DNA from: Felis catus
Taxonomy: Eukaryota
Direction: 5' to 3'
Length of the DNA stretch: 64,000 bases
Assembly (NCBI RefSeq): GCF_018350175.1
Contig: NC_058368.1
Coordinates: 63,800,001-63,864,000 of the forward strand
Shown here: piece after piece, positions 62,913 through 64,000 of the stretch
How the letters are laid out: each line of letters opens with the position of its first letter
Position numbering within the stretch: the first letter of the stretch is position 1
Translations under genes and position numbers: made by a program
The notes under the pieces: model-generated
Told to the model about the DNA's origin: nothing
Database searches by the model: none
What the model saw: the letters and a program-made list of their open reading frames with translations, nothing else

Positions 62913-63812
62913 TTTTTTTTAACTTTATTGACATATAAATGACAAAATCACATTTTTATTTAAACATTTGATAGAATTCATCAGTGAAAACATTTAGTCC
63001 TGGGCTTTTTGTTTTTCTTTCTTAATTTTTAAATTACCGACTCAGTCTCCTTACTTAATACTGGTCTGTTCAGATTTTCTATTTTTTTCATAATTTAGTT
63101 TTGATAGGTTCTATGTTTCTAGGAATTTACCTGTTTATTTTAGGTTATCCTGTCTGTTTGCATATAATTGTTCATAGCCGTCTCTATGACCCTTAGCATT
63201 TCTATGGTGTCAGTTGTAATGTCTCCTCTTTGACTTACAATTTTATTTGAGTCTATATTTTTTTCTTAGTCTAGCTAAAGATTTGTACATTTTTTTTTCT
63301 TTTCAAAAGTCAGCTCTTAACATCATTGATATTTTCTATTGTTTGTTTGGTTTCCATTTCATTTATTTCTGCTTTGATCTTTGTTATTTCTTCTGGTAAC
63401 TTTGGGCTTAGTTTATTCTCTTTTCCCTCTAGTTTCTTGAGGTGTAAAATGAGGTTGTTTATTTATGACTCCCCCTCCCACCCCACTGCCCTTAATATAG
63501 GTACTTATCACTATAAACTTACTAGCTAGCACTGCTTTTGCTGGATCTCATAAATTTTGGTATGCTTTGTTTTCACAGTTGGGAGTTGGGGTTTCTCTCT
63601 GGATTGTATGGCGCTTTGCCGAAGGTGGGATTTATGATAAGTGTGTGTCTCAGCCTTTCCTGTCGGTTTCAGTATAGGTATTTTCTCATTCACCCAATGT
63701 GCTCAGCTAGTTTCTGGATTTCTTTCAGAGGAAATTTCTCTGGGTAGTTGTACATTTGGTGCATCTGCAGGAGAAGGGGATTCAAGAGTCTCCTACGTTG
63801 CCATCTTAGGAA
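62913..63812 (-). mobile_element. Old L1 (L1MA-like) remnant: 5' end joined to an ORF2 segment and a short 3' terminus
   Basis: 63578-63810 reverse reads aagatggcaacgtagg...tttcctctgaaagaaatccagaaactagctgag (L1M 5' end). 62960-63577 is homologous to ORF2 of the other L1s here (tagaattc...agtcctgggcttttt; tatgtttctaggaattt). 62913-62947 is ttttttttt aactttattgacatataaatgacaaaa. Confidence 0.8.
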
Positions 63813-64000
63813 TTACTACCACAAAAAACTTTTTTTTTTAAAGTCTGTAAGGGTTTAGAAACATAATTTCCAACAGTAAAAGTCCTAATTTGTATTTTTA
63901 AATAGATAATCAGTTTTTCACATCTCTTACCTATGCACTATTAGTAGAGATTCAGCTGGTTGCATTCAAATTACTTTAGAATAGCTATTCAATTCAATTT

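Noticed and set aside
1..64000. CRISPR arrays, operons, rRNA or other prokaryotic-type systems
   Set aside because: No regularly spaced repeat-spacer arrays or gene-dense regions; the sequence is mammalian intron.

Overview
Mammalian genomic DNA, almost certainly a felid, because the tRNA-derived CAN-SINEs are of the cat (SINEC_Fc) type. The window lies inside the glypican-5 gene (GPC5, + strand). It holds one long internal coding exon (58391-59085, 695 nt, matching GPC5 exon 3), with about 58 kb of upstream intron and about 5 kb of downstream intron. The introns are a layered record of transposons: two long antisense L1s (one with an intact 5' end and a target-site duplication, TSD, nested in an MLT1 LTR; one truncated in its 5'UTR), several L1 fragments, about 18 CAN-SINEs, solo LTRs, hAT elements, a Tc1/mariner-type MITE, L2/MIR/L3 relics and microsatellites. 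Nearly all ORFs in the track are decayed L1 fragments or chance ORFs in repeats. I found no evidence of a novel biological system; the findings are modest structural observations and testable hypotheses. Repeat subfamily names come from my recollection of consensus sequences, not from a database search.
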